NCBI GenBank assembly: GCA_003211695.1
Contig: QCSA01000001.1
Location: forward strand, 35,116 to 99,115
Origin: Pelagibacteraceae bacterium AG-464-P07
GTDB lineage: Bacteria > Pseudomonadota > Alphaproteobacteria > Pelagibacterales > Pelagibacteraceae
Direction of reading: 5' to 3'
DNA length: 64,000 nt
A model generated the notes under the pieces. The model was not told where the DNA came from, did no database searches, and saw only the letters and a list, made by a program, of their open reading frames with translations. Of this stretch, positions 37,833-45,268 are shown piece by piece. Each line of letters begins with the position of its first letter. The first letter of the stretch is position 1. The position numbers were made by a program, and so were the translations under genes.

Positions 37833-37910
37833 GATGATGAAAAAAAATTGTAATAGATAAAATATTTTTTTTTAGAACTAATAAATATATATAAAAAAAA
37901 TAAGCATTAT
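37833..37910 (-). promoter_or_regulatory. Duplicated 78-nt leader/promoter element, copy B (upstream of mcl)
   Basis: Ungapped 63/78 match to 30813-30890. It begins 6 nt from the mcl ATG. Confidence 0.6.
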
Positions 37911-37931
37911 TAATGTTGATATGAAACAATA

Positions 37932-38321
37932 TTAACCGCTTAGATTTTTAAGAGTAACAAGGTAATCATTAAATTCACTAACAAATTTAATACTTGGTTT
38001 AATAAATTTTTTTCTCATATCACTTGATGTTTTTTCTAAATAAAAAAAACCCTTTTCACACGCTTCATTAATTATCAAAGCAGATTTAGGCCTTGATGTT
38101 TTAAATAATTTTGTCTTCAATTCTTCCACTGATAAGTTTTTTTTATTATAGTGAGCTGTCATGACCAACAACATCATGTGATAATGCGAAGGTGATTTTC
38201 TAAAAAAATAGTTACTGGAAGTATGAGCTTTTCTCATTTGCTGCTCCCAAAACATTAGAAGAGATTTGGTATTTTTTATCATTAAGTGAAGTGTATAATA
38301 AACGTCTAAACCCGGAAACAA
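37932..38321 (-). CDS. Possible MarR-like winged-helix regulator
   Basis: Small ORF of 116-129 aa, depending on the start. LSVEELKTKL...ALIINEACEKGFFYLEKTSSDMRKKFIKPS looks like HTH plus wing (D.R...). The assignment is by pattern only. Confidence 0.4.
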   Translation of the reverse strand: MFPGLDVYYTLHLMIKNTKSLLMFWEQQMRKAHTSSNYFFRKSPSHYHMMLLVMTAHYNKKNLSVEELKTKLFKTSRPKSALIINEACEKGFFYLEKTSSDMRKKFIKPSIKFVSEFNDYLVTLKNLSG

Positions 38322-38366
38322 TATTAATAGAGATTTTTTATGTAATTTTAGCGATGTTTAGAAGAT

Positions 38367-39716
38367 TTAGCTCCAAGGAAAGGGGCTATGAGAAGTGGGA
38401 TGCAATTGACCCTTTTCGTATCGATTAAATCTAAAAGGTTTTAATAATTCAGTTTCCTTATTTTCTAAAATTTCTTCTGCTACAAGTTCTCCAACTCCTA
38501 TCATTTTATAACCATGGTTTGAGTCAGCGATAATATAAACGTTTTCGCAAAATCGATCAAAAATAGGAAAAGAATCTGGAGTGAAACATCCTAATCCTCC
38601 AGAAGGACCTTTTTTATATACATTTATTTTTCCTTTAAATCTTTTTTGGCAATGGGCTAATGCAGAACACCACATATGTGCAAATTCGTCACCTGTTTGA
38701 TGATCTTCCGAATCTACTCCATAAGGGTCTACTTTTACATCACCAGTTGGTTTGTTGATTTTATATGGTGCAGCTCCTCCTTGAACTCCATTAAAATTAA
38801 AATCTGGCTTATAGTATATTCCCCACATTTTATCGGTTATTAAGGATCCATCTACATCTGAAAATAAATGTGCATCGCTATCGACATGAATTACCGGTGG
38901 CATTTTACCAGCATCCGTTTTTTGAAAATTTGGATCAACCCCAAGAACGCCTTCTGTCAGAAACCAATATATCCACATTGGGTAATCTTTGTGTATTTTA
39001 CCTTTTTCATCTTTGATTGAAATTTTTTTTGGAAGTTCAAGCTTATCCCATAAACCTTTGATCCATGGACCGGCCCCAACGATTACATGCTCACAATCAA
39101 TAGTACCCTTTGAAGTTACTACGCCAGTCACAGACTTACTGTTACTTCCTTTCCTAAAACCTGTGACTTTAGTGCCTGTTAAAATTCTTACTCCAAAACT
39201 TTCAGCCTTATTAGCCAATCCATAGATTGAAGCGGTGTTGTTAGCATATCCACCTTTTTTTTCATGTAAGATAGAAGTTATTCCTTTAGCCTGCCAATCA
39301 TGAAATATATTTTTCATGTATTTCGTAGAATCTTCTCTCCCTTCAATAAATTCAGATTCATAACCAATAGCTTTTTGTTGTTCGTAGATGCTTGAAATAT
39401 CTTTATGCATGCTTTCGGGACTTATTTGCATGTAACCAACAGGATGATAGTTAAAATTTTTTGGATCACTTTCCCAAATTTTTACACTGTGCATCATGAG
39501 TTCTCTCATGGCGGGTTGAAAGTAATTGTTTCTTACTACACCACAGGCGATACCACTTGCACCAGATGCAATTCCTCCTTTATCGATAACTACAATATCG
39601 TTGTTAATACCATTTCCATTCTTTTTCTTAAGTTTTTCTGCAAGATGCCAAGCGGTACTTAAACCATGTATTCCAGCTCCAATAACAACAAATCTTGCCT
39701 TCTTTGGAAACGCCAT
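38367..39716 (-). CDS. DAO-family FAD-dependent oxidoreductase, paralog 2 (translationally coupled to tdm)
   Basis: VIGAGIHGLSTAWHLA FAD fold; 449 aa. The ATG lies 2 nt after the tdm stop codon. Paralog of 29470-30807. Confidence 0.8.
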   Translation of the reverse strand: MAFPKKARFVVIGAGIHGLSTAWHLAEKLKKKNGNGINNDIVVIDKGGIASGASGIACGVVRNNYFQPAMRELMMHSVKIWESDPKNFNYHPVGYMQISPESMHKDISSIYEQQKAIGYESEFIEGREDSTKYMKNIFHDWQAKGITSILHEKKGGYANNTASIYGLANKAESFGVRILTGTKVTGFRKGSNSKSVTGVVTSKGTIDCEHVIVGAGPWIKGLWDKLELPKKISIKDEKGKIHKDYPMWIYWFLTEGVLGVDPNFQKTDAGKMPPVIHVDSDAHLFSDVDGSLITDKMWGIYYKPDFNFNGVQGGAAPYKINKPTGDVKVDPYGVDSEDHQTGDEFAHMWCSALAHCQKRFKGKINVYKKGPSGGLGCFTPDSFPIFDRFCENVYIIADSNHGYKMIGVGELVAEEILENKETELLKPFRFNRYEKGQLHPTSHSPFPWS

Positions 39717-39717
39717 A

Positions 39718-42057
39718 TTAAGATTTTACTCTTAGTTTTTCAGGATCGTAAAAAGGAAATTTAACTACTTTTGCTCCAATTCTTTTTTGATGACCGTCAA
39801 TTTTACCAACCTCTACATTTGTACCTATGTCAGAATATTTAATATCCATTCTACAAAGTGCAATATTTTTGTTTAGAGTAGGGGATATCATTCCACTAGT
39901 TATTACACCAACAGTAGCTCTTCCCACGTGTACACCATCTCCATTACTAGCTTGTTCTTTACCAATTAATTCTAAACCAACAAGTTTTTTTTGTGGAGAT
40001 TCTTTTCTTTTTATCAAAGTATCTTTACCTACAAAATCATCTTCTTTAGTTTTCAGCGCGACAGAAAATCCAATGCCAGCTTCAAAGGGATCTGTTTGAT
40101 CGTTAAATTCGTATCCATAAAATATAAGTCCAGCTTCAATTCTTACCATGTCCAAACCTTCTAAACCCATTGGAGTAATGCCTAAATCTTTTCCTGAATC
40201 CCAAACTTTATCCCAAATTTTAGAAGCATCATTGGGATGACACCAAATTTCAAAACCAAGTTCACCTGTATAACCTGTTCTTGATACAATAATCGGTGTA
40301 CCTATATGATCATCAATTCTAGCAATAGAAAACCTAAACCATTGAAGTTCATTTATCTTTGCTTGTGCAGGTGGAGTCCAAACAAATTTTTCTAAAATTT
40401 TTCTACTATTTGGTCCCTGAACTGAAATATTATGAATTTGATCAGTTGAAGATTTTACCCAAACTTTATATTTTTTTTTCTTAGCTAATTCTCTAAGCCA
40501 TGTACCGCCATATTCTTGGCCACCAATCCAACGGAAATTATCTTTACCTAGACGAAAAATTGTTCCATCGTCGATCATGCAGCCGTTGTCATAGCACATG
40601 GCTGAATAACTAACTTGTCCTATTGAAAGTTTTTTTACATTTCTTGTAAGAGCATACTGCATTAGATTTTCAGAGTCTGGACCCATAATTTCAAATTTTC
40701 TTAGGGGAGATAAATCAATTGCGATAGCCTTTTCTCTGCACGCTGTATATTCGTTGATGGTTCCATAATTTGTATAGTTATTGGCTAACCAATAACCATT
40801 ATAATCAATAAAATTTCTGGTAAGCTTGGATGTTTTTTTGTGGAATCCAGTTTCTTTTGTTAATTTTGGTTCTGAATCTTCTTTCATTCTAAACGCTATA
40901 GCTTTCGAGTATTTTTGTTCTTTAGGATAAGTTCTAACAAATATATCGGTTGGATTCCATCCATTTGCTGGATCAACATCGCATGGGCAAGCAGAAGAAG
41001 CGCACACTAAATCTTTTGTTGCTCTAAATAAAACATAATCTCCTGGTCTAGACCACGGCTCATCAAAAGATGCAATATTTAGTTGATTAATACTTGTATT
41101 AAAAAAAAGATTAATAGCAGTCCAACCTTTTCTTGATTTCACTTCATATTTTTTTAAAGCTTTATTAAAATTTTCTGAGCAATTTATATGACCAAAGTAA
41201 CCCATATCTTCATAGTATTTCGCAGTACATGCATAATTAAAAGTATCATGTCTACCAACAGTGTCTCTGACAACTTCAATCATTGGGTCATGGTCCATAT
41301 CAAAAAATTTTGAAAATAAACCAGGCACTGGATAAGCAGCTCCCATAAATGTACGAGTGGCCGTAGCATCAATTATACTTTCAATTCTTTTATCAAGTTT
41401 TGCTTTGTCAAAAGCTAAAAAATCTGAACACTGTCTTCCCGCAGGATCTATGATTTGAATGTATTCTCCTGCTTTTACTTCATAAGTATAAGCAGTACGT
41501 CTTTTAATAAGTTTTTCGTTTAAAGGGTCACTTAAAGGCTCTGGCAAAACAAATTGCTCTCCATTATTATTATCATCAAATTTAGATTTATTTAAAAGAA
41601 CAGTTAAATCAGTTGGAGGATTTTGATTATGAATGTTCATAGCTTCGCCAGGAGCAGCAAGCATAACTGTGCATTTATCTTTAGATTTTAAAATTATTTT
41701 TTCATCTATTTGACAATCTTTATCAAATATTGTTGAGGATTTTGCCTTAGTAAGATCAAATTTTTTTCTTTTAAATAATTTTGTAATTTTTTCATCATTT
41801 AAGATTGTTTTTTTTGAAAAACTAGCATCCGAGTTTTCTTTTAAATTTAATAATGATAGATCACATTTACCTTTAGAATTAAAAACAACAACTTCACATG
41901 TTTGTTTGCCTTCATCGTTAATTATTTCTAATTTATCTTCTGGCAAAACTTCTATAACTGATAAACCTCCACCTCTAACAAAATACCTTTCAACTCCTGG
42001 TGGTAAAGTCCTTAAGCCAGGATTTCTTATATCTAAACTAGTTGATATGTTTTCCAT
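39718..42057 (-). CDS. tdm: Trimethylamine N-oxide demethylase (DUF1989 domain fused to GcvT-like aminomethyltransferase domain)
   Basis: About 779 aa. The N-terminal DUF1989-like half and C-terminal GcvT fold (TGYTGELGFEIW, RIEAGL) match the architecture described for Tdm. Divergent from tmoX. ATG at 42057. Confidence 0.85.
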   Translation of the reverse strand: MENISTSLDIRNPGLRTLPPGVERYFVRGGGLSVIEVLPEDKLEIINDEGKQTCEVVVFNSKGKCDLSLLNLKENSDASFSKKTILNDEKITKLFKRKKFDLTKAKSSTIFDKDCQIDEKIILKSKDKCTVMLAAPGEAMNIHNQNPPTDLTVLLNKSKFDDNNNGEQFVLPEPLSDPLNEKLIKRRTAYTYEVKAGEYIQIIDPAGRQCSDFLAFDKAKLDKRIESIIDATATRTFMGAAYPVPGLFSKFFDMDHDPMIEVVRDTVGRHDTFNYACTAKYYEDMGYFGHINCSENFNKALKKYEVKSRKGWTAINLFFNTSINQLNIASFDEPWSRPGDYVLFRATKDLVCASSACPCDVDPANGWNPTDIFVRTYPKEQKYSKAIAFRMKEDSEPKLTKETGFHKKTSKLTRNFIDYNGYWLANNYTNYGTINEYTACREKAIAIDLSPLRKFEIMGPDSENLMQYALTRNVKKLSIGQVSYSAMCYDNGCMIDDGTIFRLGKDNFRWIGGQEYGGTWLRELAKKKKYKVWVKSSTDQIHNISVQGPNSRKILEKFVWTPPAQAKINELQWFRFSIARIDDHIGTPIIVSRTGYTGELGFEIWCHPNDASKIWDKVWDSGKDLGITPMGLEGLDMVRIEAGLIFYGYEFNDQTDPFEAGIGFSVALKTKEDDFVGKDTLIKRKESPQKKLVGLELIGKEQASNGDGVHVGRATVGVITSGMISPTLNKNIALCRMDIKYSDIGTNVEVGKIDGHQKRIGAKVVKFPFYDPEKLRVKS

Positions 42058-42139
42058 GTGAAACAAATAGTATATCAGAGATTAATTATGTGCAATTGGC
42101 ATTGACTCGCAAAAAATGAGCACATAGACTTTGGTTAAG

Positions 42140-42153
42140 TAATGTTAACATTA
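42140..42153. promoter_or_regulatory. Perfect 14-bp palindrome TAATGTTAACATTA in the tdm/tmoX divergent control region
   Basis: Self-complementary by inspection; 22 nt upstream of the tmoX ATG. Confidence 0.35.
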
Positions 42154-42175
42154 ATTAATTATGGGAGAAAAATAC

Positions 42176-43120
42176 ATGATTAAAACAATAAAAGGGTTGA
42201 TTGTTGCAGCGATCATATCGGCATTCAGTTTTGCCACGTATGCAGCTGACAGCAGAAAACCAACTAGAATTCCAGTGCACAATTGGTCAAGCCAAATTGT
42301 TATGGCTTATGTAATTGGTGGAATTCTTACGGACCACATGGGTCAGAACGTGGAATACGTTCCAGCAGACACTCAAGCAGTTTACGAGTCAATTCGTATT
42401 GGCGATGTAGATATATCGCACGAAGTTTGGCAATCTGCATTCGGTAAATCATTTGATACAGCACGTGATGCTGGAGGTTTATTAGATTGGGGTGATCACG
42501 AAGCTAGAACTTTAGAAGATATGGGTTATCCAAACTGGGTAGTAGATAAAGGATTATGTCCTGGTTTACCAAGTTGGGAAGCTTTAAAATCTGCAGACTG
42601 CGCTAAGAACTTTGTAACACCTGACTCAGATGGAAAAGGAAGAATGTTAGAAGGTCCACAAACTTGGCACGGAGATTTAATACCTCAAAGAATTGATGCT
42701 TTAGGGTTAGGAGATCTTTGGACAGTTAAATTTGCTGGAAGTGCTGATGCACTATGGGCAGAATTAGCAGCAGCTGAAAAAGAAGGAAGAGGAACAATAA
42801 TCTTTAACTGGACACCAAACTTTACAGATGGTGCTGGTTTTACATTTATTGACTTTCCGCCATACACGGATGGTTGCAGACCTGCTGATGGTGGTGATGG
42901 AAAATGTGGTTCACCAGATGGTTATCTGAAAAAAGCTGTTAATGAAAACTGGACAAAAAGTCATCCAGATGCAGCGGCTATGTTTAAAAAACTGTCATTT
43001 ACGACAGGTCAGATTGGTGCAATGGCTGCTTATGTAGACACTGATAAAATGACTCACCAAGATGCCGCAAAAGAATGGTTGAAGAAAAACAAAAAAGTTT
43101 GGAAAAAATTTCTAAAATAA
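42176..43120 (+). CDS. tmoX: Periplasmic substrate-binding protein, OpuAC/ProX family; TMAO-binding TmoX candidate
   Basis: Signal peptide (...SFATYAA). OpuAC-type fold motifs and aromatic-rich binding residues. Divergent from tdm. SD GGGAGAAA before the ATG at 42176. Confidence 0.8.
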   Translation: MIKTIKGLIVAAIISAFSFATYAADSRKPTRIPVHNWSSQIVMAYVIGGILTDHMGQNVEYVPADTQAVYESIRIGDVDISHEVWQSAFGKSFDTARDAGGLLDWGDHEARTLEDMGYPNWVVDKGLCPGLPSWEALKSADCAKNFVTPDSDGKGRMLEGPQTWHGDLIPQRIDALGLGDLWTVKFAGSADALWAELAAAEKEGRGTIIFNWTPNFTDGAGFTFIDFPPYTDGCRPADGGDGKCGSPDGYLKKAVNENWTKSHPDAAAMFKKLSFTTGQIGAMAAYVDTDKMTHQDAAKEWLKKNKKVWKKFLK

Positions 43121-43148
43121 TTTTTTGTAAAGTTTAAGCTTTTAATAA

Positions 43149-43186
43149 TCTCCCCTAGTTTTAATAACTAGGGGGGATTTTTTTTT
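43149..43186 (+). terminator. Intrinsic terminator after tmoX
   Basis: 12-bp stem TCTCCCCTAGTT / AACTAGGGGGGA (one G-U pair) with a 5-nt loop, followed by T9. Confidence 0.85.
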
Positions 43187-43202
43187 AGTTTTGGTGTAAT
43201 TT
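43170..43202 (+). repeat. 33-nt direct repeat, left copy (terminator right arm + T9 + AGTTTTGGTGTAATTT)
   Basis: 31/33 identical to 44181-44213 by hand alignment. Confidence 0.8.
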
Positions 43203-43218
43203 GTGTAGAGTGGCGGAT

Positions 43219-43602
43219 ATGAAAAAACTGTTTCTATATATATTTTTAGGTTTGATCCTTTGCAATACAGGGTTTGCGCGTACAACCGGATGTACTGACG
43301 GTGACTGTGAAGACGGAGTTGGGACTTGGACTTATACAGACAAAACCACATATGTAGGTGAGTGGAGTCTAGGTAAAAAGCATGGACAAGGGACTGTGAC
43401 TTGGCCAAATGGATACATATACAAGGGAGAATTTCAAGAAAGTAAATGGCATGGACAAGGGACTTTGACTTTTCCAGATGGAGCCGCATACGCAGGTGAG
43501 TGGCGTGATGGTTTCATGAATGGACAAGGAACTTTTACCTTGGCAGACGGAACAGTTAAGAAAGGCATCTGGAAAGACGGCGAATTAGTTGAACCGAATT
43601 AG
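43219..43602 (+). CDS. Secreted MORN-repeat protein
   Basis: Signal peptide MKKLFLYIFLGLILCNTGFA, then tandem MORN motifs (YVGEWSLGKKHGQG, YKGEFQESKWHGQG, YAGEWRDGFMNGQG). Visibly GC-richer than its surroundings. Confidence 0.75.
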   Translation: MKKLFLYIFLGLILCNTGFARTTGCTDGDCEDGVGTWTYTDKTTYVGEWSLGKKHGQGTVTWPNGYIYKGEFQESKWHGQGTLTFPDGAAYAGEWRDGFMNGQGTFTLADGTVKKGIWKDGELVEPN

Positions 43603-43610
43603 ATAGAACA

Positions 43611-44162
43611 ATGTTGTTAGAAAATAATTTAAAAAAATACAAAGAAGCTCCGGAAGGCATTAAGCAAATAGTAGGTCTTGTTGGTTTAACAACACTAATA
43701 ATTTTTACATTTATCATTTTGAACATTTTTTTTGGAGAGATTAAAGAGAGCGATAAGACAGCTGAGAGCGATAAGACAGCTGAGAGCGTTAAGACTGCAG
43801 AGATTGATAAAGTCATTACTTCACTTCCAAGAGGTAGATTAATTTTTTATGAAAGTAGTGAGGGTCATCAATTATCACTGAGCGAATATGAAGCGGTGTG
43901 CAAAAATACTAAAATTGTAACCCAACGTGCAATGATGGGGGCAAACATTTTAAACTTCAGTGCAACGAAATTATATTTTGATAACGGAAATAAAATTGAT
44001 GAACGTTCTGTAAAATGGGACAGTTCTTCAAATAAATGTTTTGCTGAATATACGATAAGGGCTATAGAAGGGGTGAGTGATACAATTACAGTTTCAGGTG
44101 AAGCCAAAGGTTTTTTTAAAACTAGTATAGACACTAGAGTATATTTTATAAAAAATTTTTAG
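43611..44162 (+). CDS. Hypothetical N-terminally anchored membrane protein with ESDKTA tandem repeat linker
   Basis: One TM helix (IVGLVGLTTLIIFTFIILNIFF), a repeat linker and an approximately 120-aa C-terminal domain. No family recognised. Confidence 0.5.
   Translation: MLLENNLKKYKEAPEGIKQIVGLVGLTTLIIFTFIILNIFFGEIKESDKTAESDKTAESVKTAEIDKVITSLPRGRLIFYESSEGHQLSLSEYEAVCKNTKIVTQRAMMGANILNFSATKLYFDNGNKIDERSVKWDSSSNKCFAEYTIRAIEGVSDTITVSGEAKGFFKTSIDTRVYFIKNF
43746..43799 (+). repeat. 18-nt in-frame tandem repeat x3 (GAGAGCGATAAGACAGCT)
   Basis: Two perfect units and one diverged unit, encoding ESDKTA-ESDKTA-ESVKTA. Confidence 0.9.
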
Positions 44163-44180
44163 AGCGTTTATGAAATAAAT

Positions 44181-44213
44181 AGGGAGGATTTTTTTTTAGT
44201 TTTAGTGTAATTT
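44181..44213 (+). repeat. 33-nt direct repeat, right copy (immediately upstream of tmoW)
   Basis: AGGGAGGA + T9 + AGTTTTAGTGTAATTT. It lacks the left arm of the hairpin seen at copy 1. Confidence 0.8.
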
Positions 44214-44227
44214 ATTGAATAAAATTT

Positions 44228-45265
44228 ATGTCTTCTGAACCAGTAATTAAATGCGATGCGGTTTATAAAATTTTTGGAGCAAATGCAAAAAAAATGCTCC
44301 AAGCTGTCAGTGGAAAAGTTGATGCCAAAACCTTCCAAGAGGCCGGCTGTATTGTAGGTGTTAATAATGCTTCTTTTGAGGTTTCAAAAGGAGAGATGTT
44401 GGTAGTAATGGGATTATCCGGCTCTGGAAAATCAACTTTACTTCGATGTATATCAAGATTGACGGATGCGACAGCAGGTAAAATTTTTATTGAAGGTCAA
44501 GATTTATTATCTTTAAAAAATAAAGAATTGATTGAGTTGAGACGAAATAAAATGGGAATGGTTTTTCAAAGCTTTGCTCTTCTTCCACATAAAACAGTTT
44601 TGGAAAACATTGCTTTTCCTTTGCAGATAAAAGGAATGAAAACTGAAGACAGCATTTCAAAGGCTATGGAAATGGTTAAGCTTGTTGGTCTTGAGGGAAG
44701 AGAAAATTATTTTCCAAGAGAATTATCTGGCGGACAACAGCAAAGAGTTGGAATTGCCAGATCTTTAGCTGTTGAGCCTGATATTTGGTTTTTAGATGAA
44801 CCTTTTTCTGCTCTCGACCCATTAATCAGAAAAGAAATGCAAGATGAATTTTTAAGATTACAAGGTGTTTTAAAAAAAACAATTATGTTTATCACGCATG
44901 ATTTTGACGAAGCTCTTAGGCTAGCAGATCGAATTGCAATAATGAAGGACGGCATAATAGAGCAATTAGATACTCCAGCAAAAATTGTTTTAAATCCAGC
45001 CACAGAATACGTTAGAAAATTTACAGAAGAGGTTCCAAGAGAAAAAGTATTGAAAATAGAGGCAGTAATGGATCCAGTCAGTGATGATCAAAATTTAAGT
45101 GATTTAAAAGTTTCTAAAGATGTAATTATAGAAACTGTTGCTGAAAAAATATTAAGCCAAGAAAAATCTGTGGCAGTTATAGATTCTAATAATAAAGTTG
45201 TTGGAATTGTTAAACCTTCCAAAGTAATTCATACTGTATTTGGTGGACGAAAAGAAAATTCATAG
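44228..45265 (+). CDS. tmoW: ABC transporter ATPase, ProV/OpuAA-like (TmoW candidate)
   Basis: Walker A GLSGSGKST, signature LSGGQQQRV, Walker B IWFLDEP and a C-terminal CBS-like tail. Confidence 0.85.
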   Translation: MSSEPVIKCDAVYKIFGANAKKMLQAVSGKVDAKTFQEAGCIVGVNNASFEVSKGEMLVVMGLSGSGKSTLLRCISRLTDATAGKIFIEGQDLLSLKNKELIELRRNKMGMVFQSFALLPHKTVLENIAFPLQIKGMKTEDSISKAMEMVKLVGLEGRENYFPRELSGGQQQRVGIARSLAVEPDIWFLDEPFSALDPLIRKEMQDEFLRLQGVLKKTIMFITHDFDEALRLADRIAIMKDGIIEQLDTPAKIVLNPATEYVRKFTEEVPREKVLKIEAVMDPVSDDQNLSDLKVSKDVIIETVAEKILSQEKSVAVIDSNNKVVGIVKPSKVIHTVFGGRKENS

Positions 45266-45268
45266 TTT

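Noticed and set aside
43142-43816. Minus-strand ORFs 43142-43489 and 43556-43816 in the cassette region.
   Set aside because: The plus-strand frames encode a clean signal peptide plus MORN repeats and a TM-anchored protein. The minus-strand translations are shadows; for example, LSAVLS repeats are just the reverse reading of the ESDKTA repeat.
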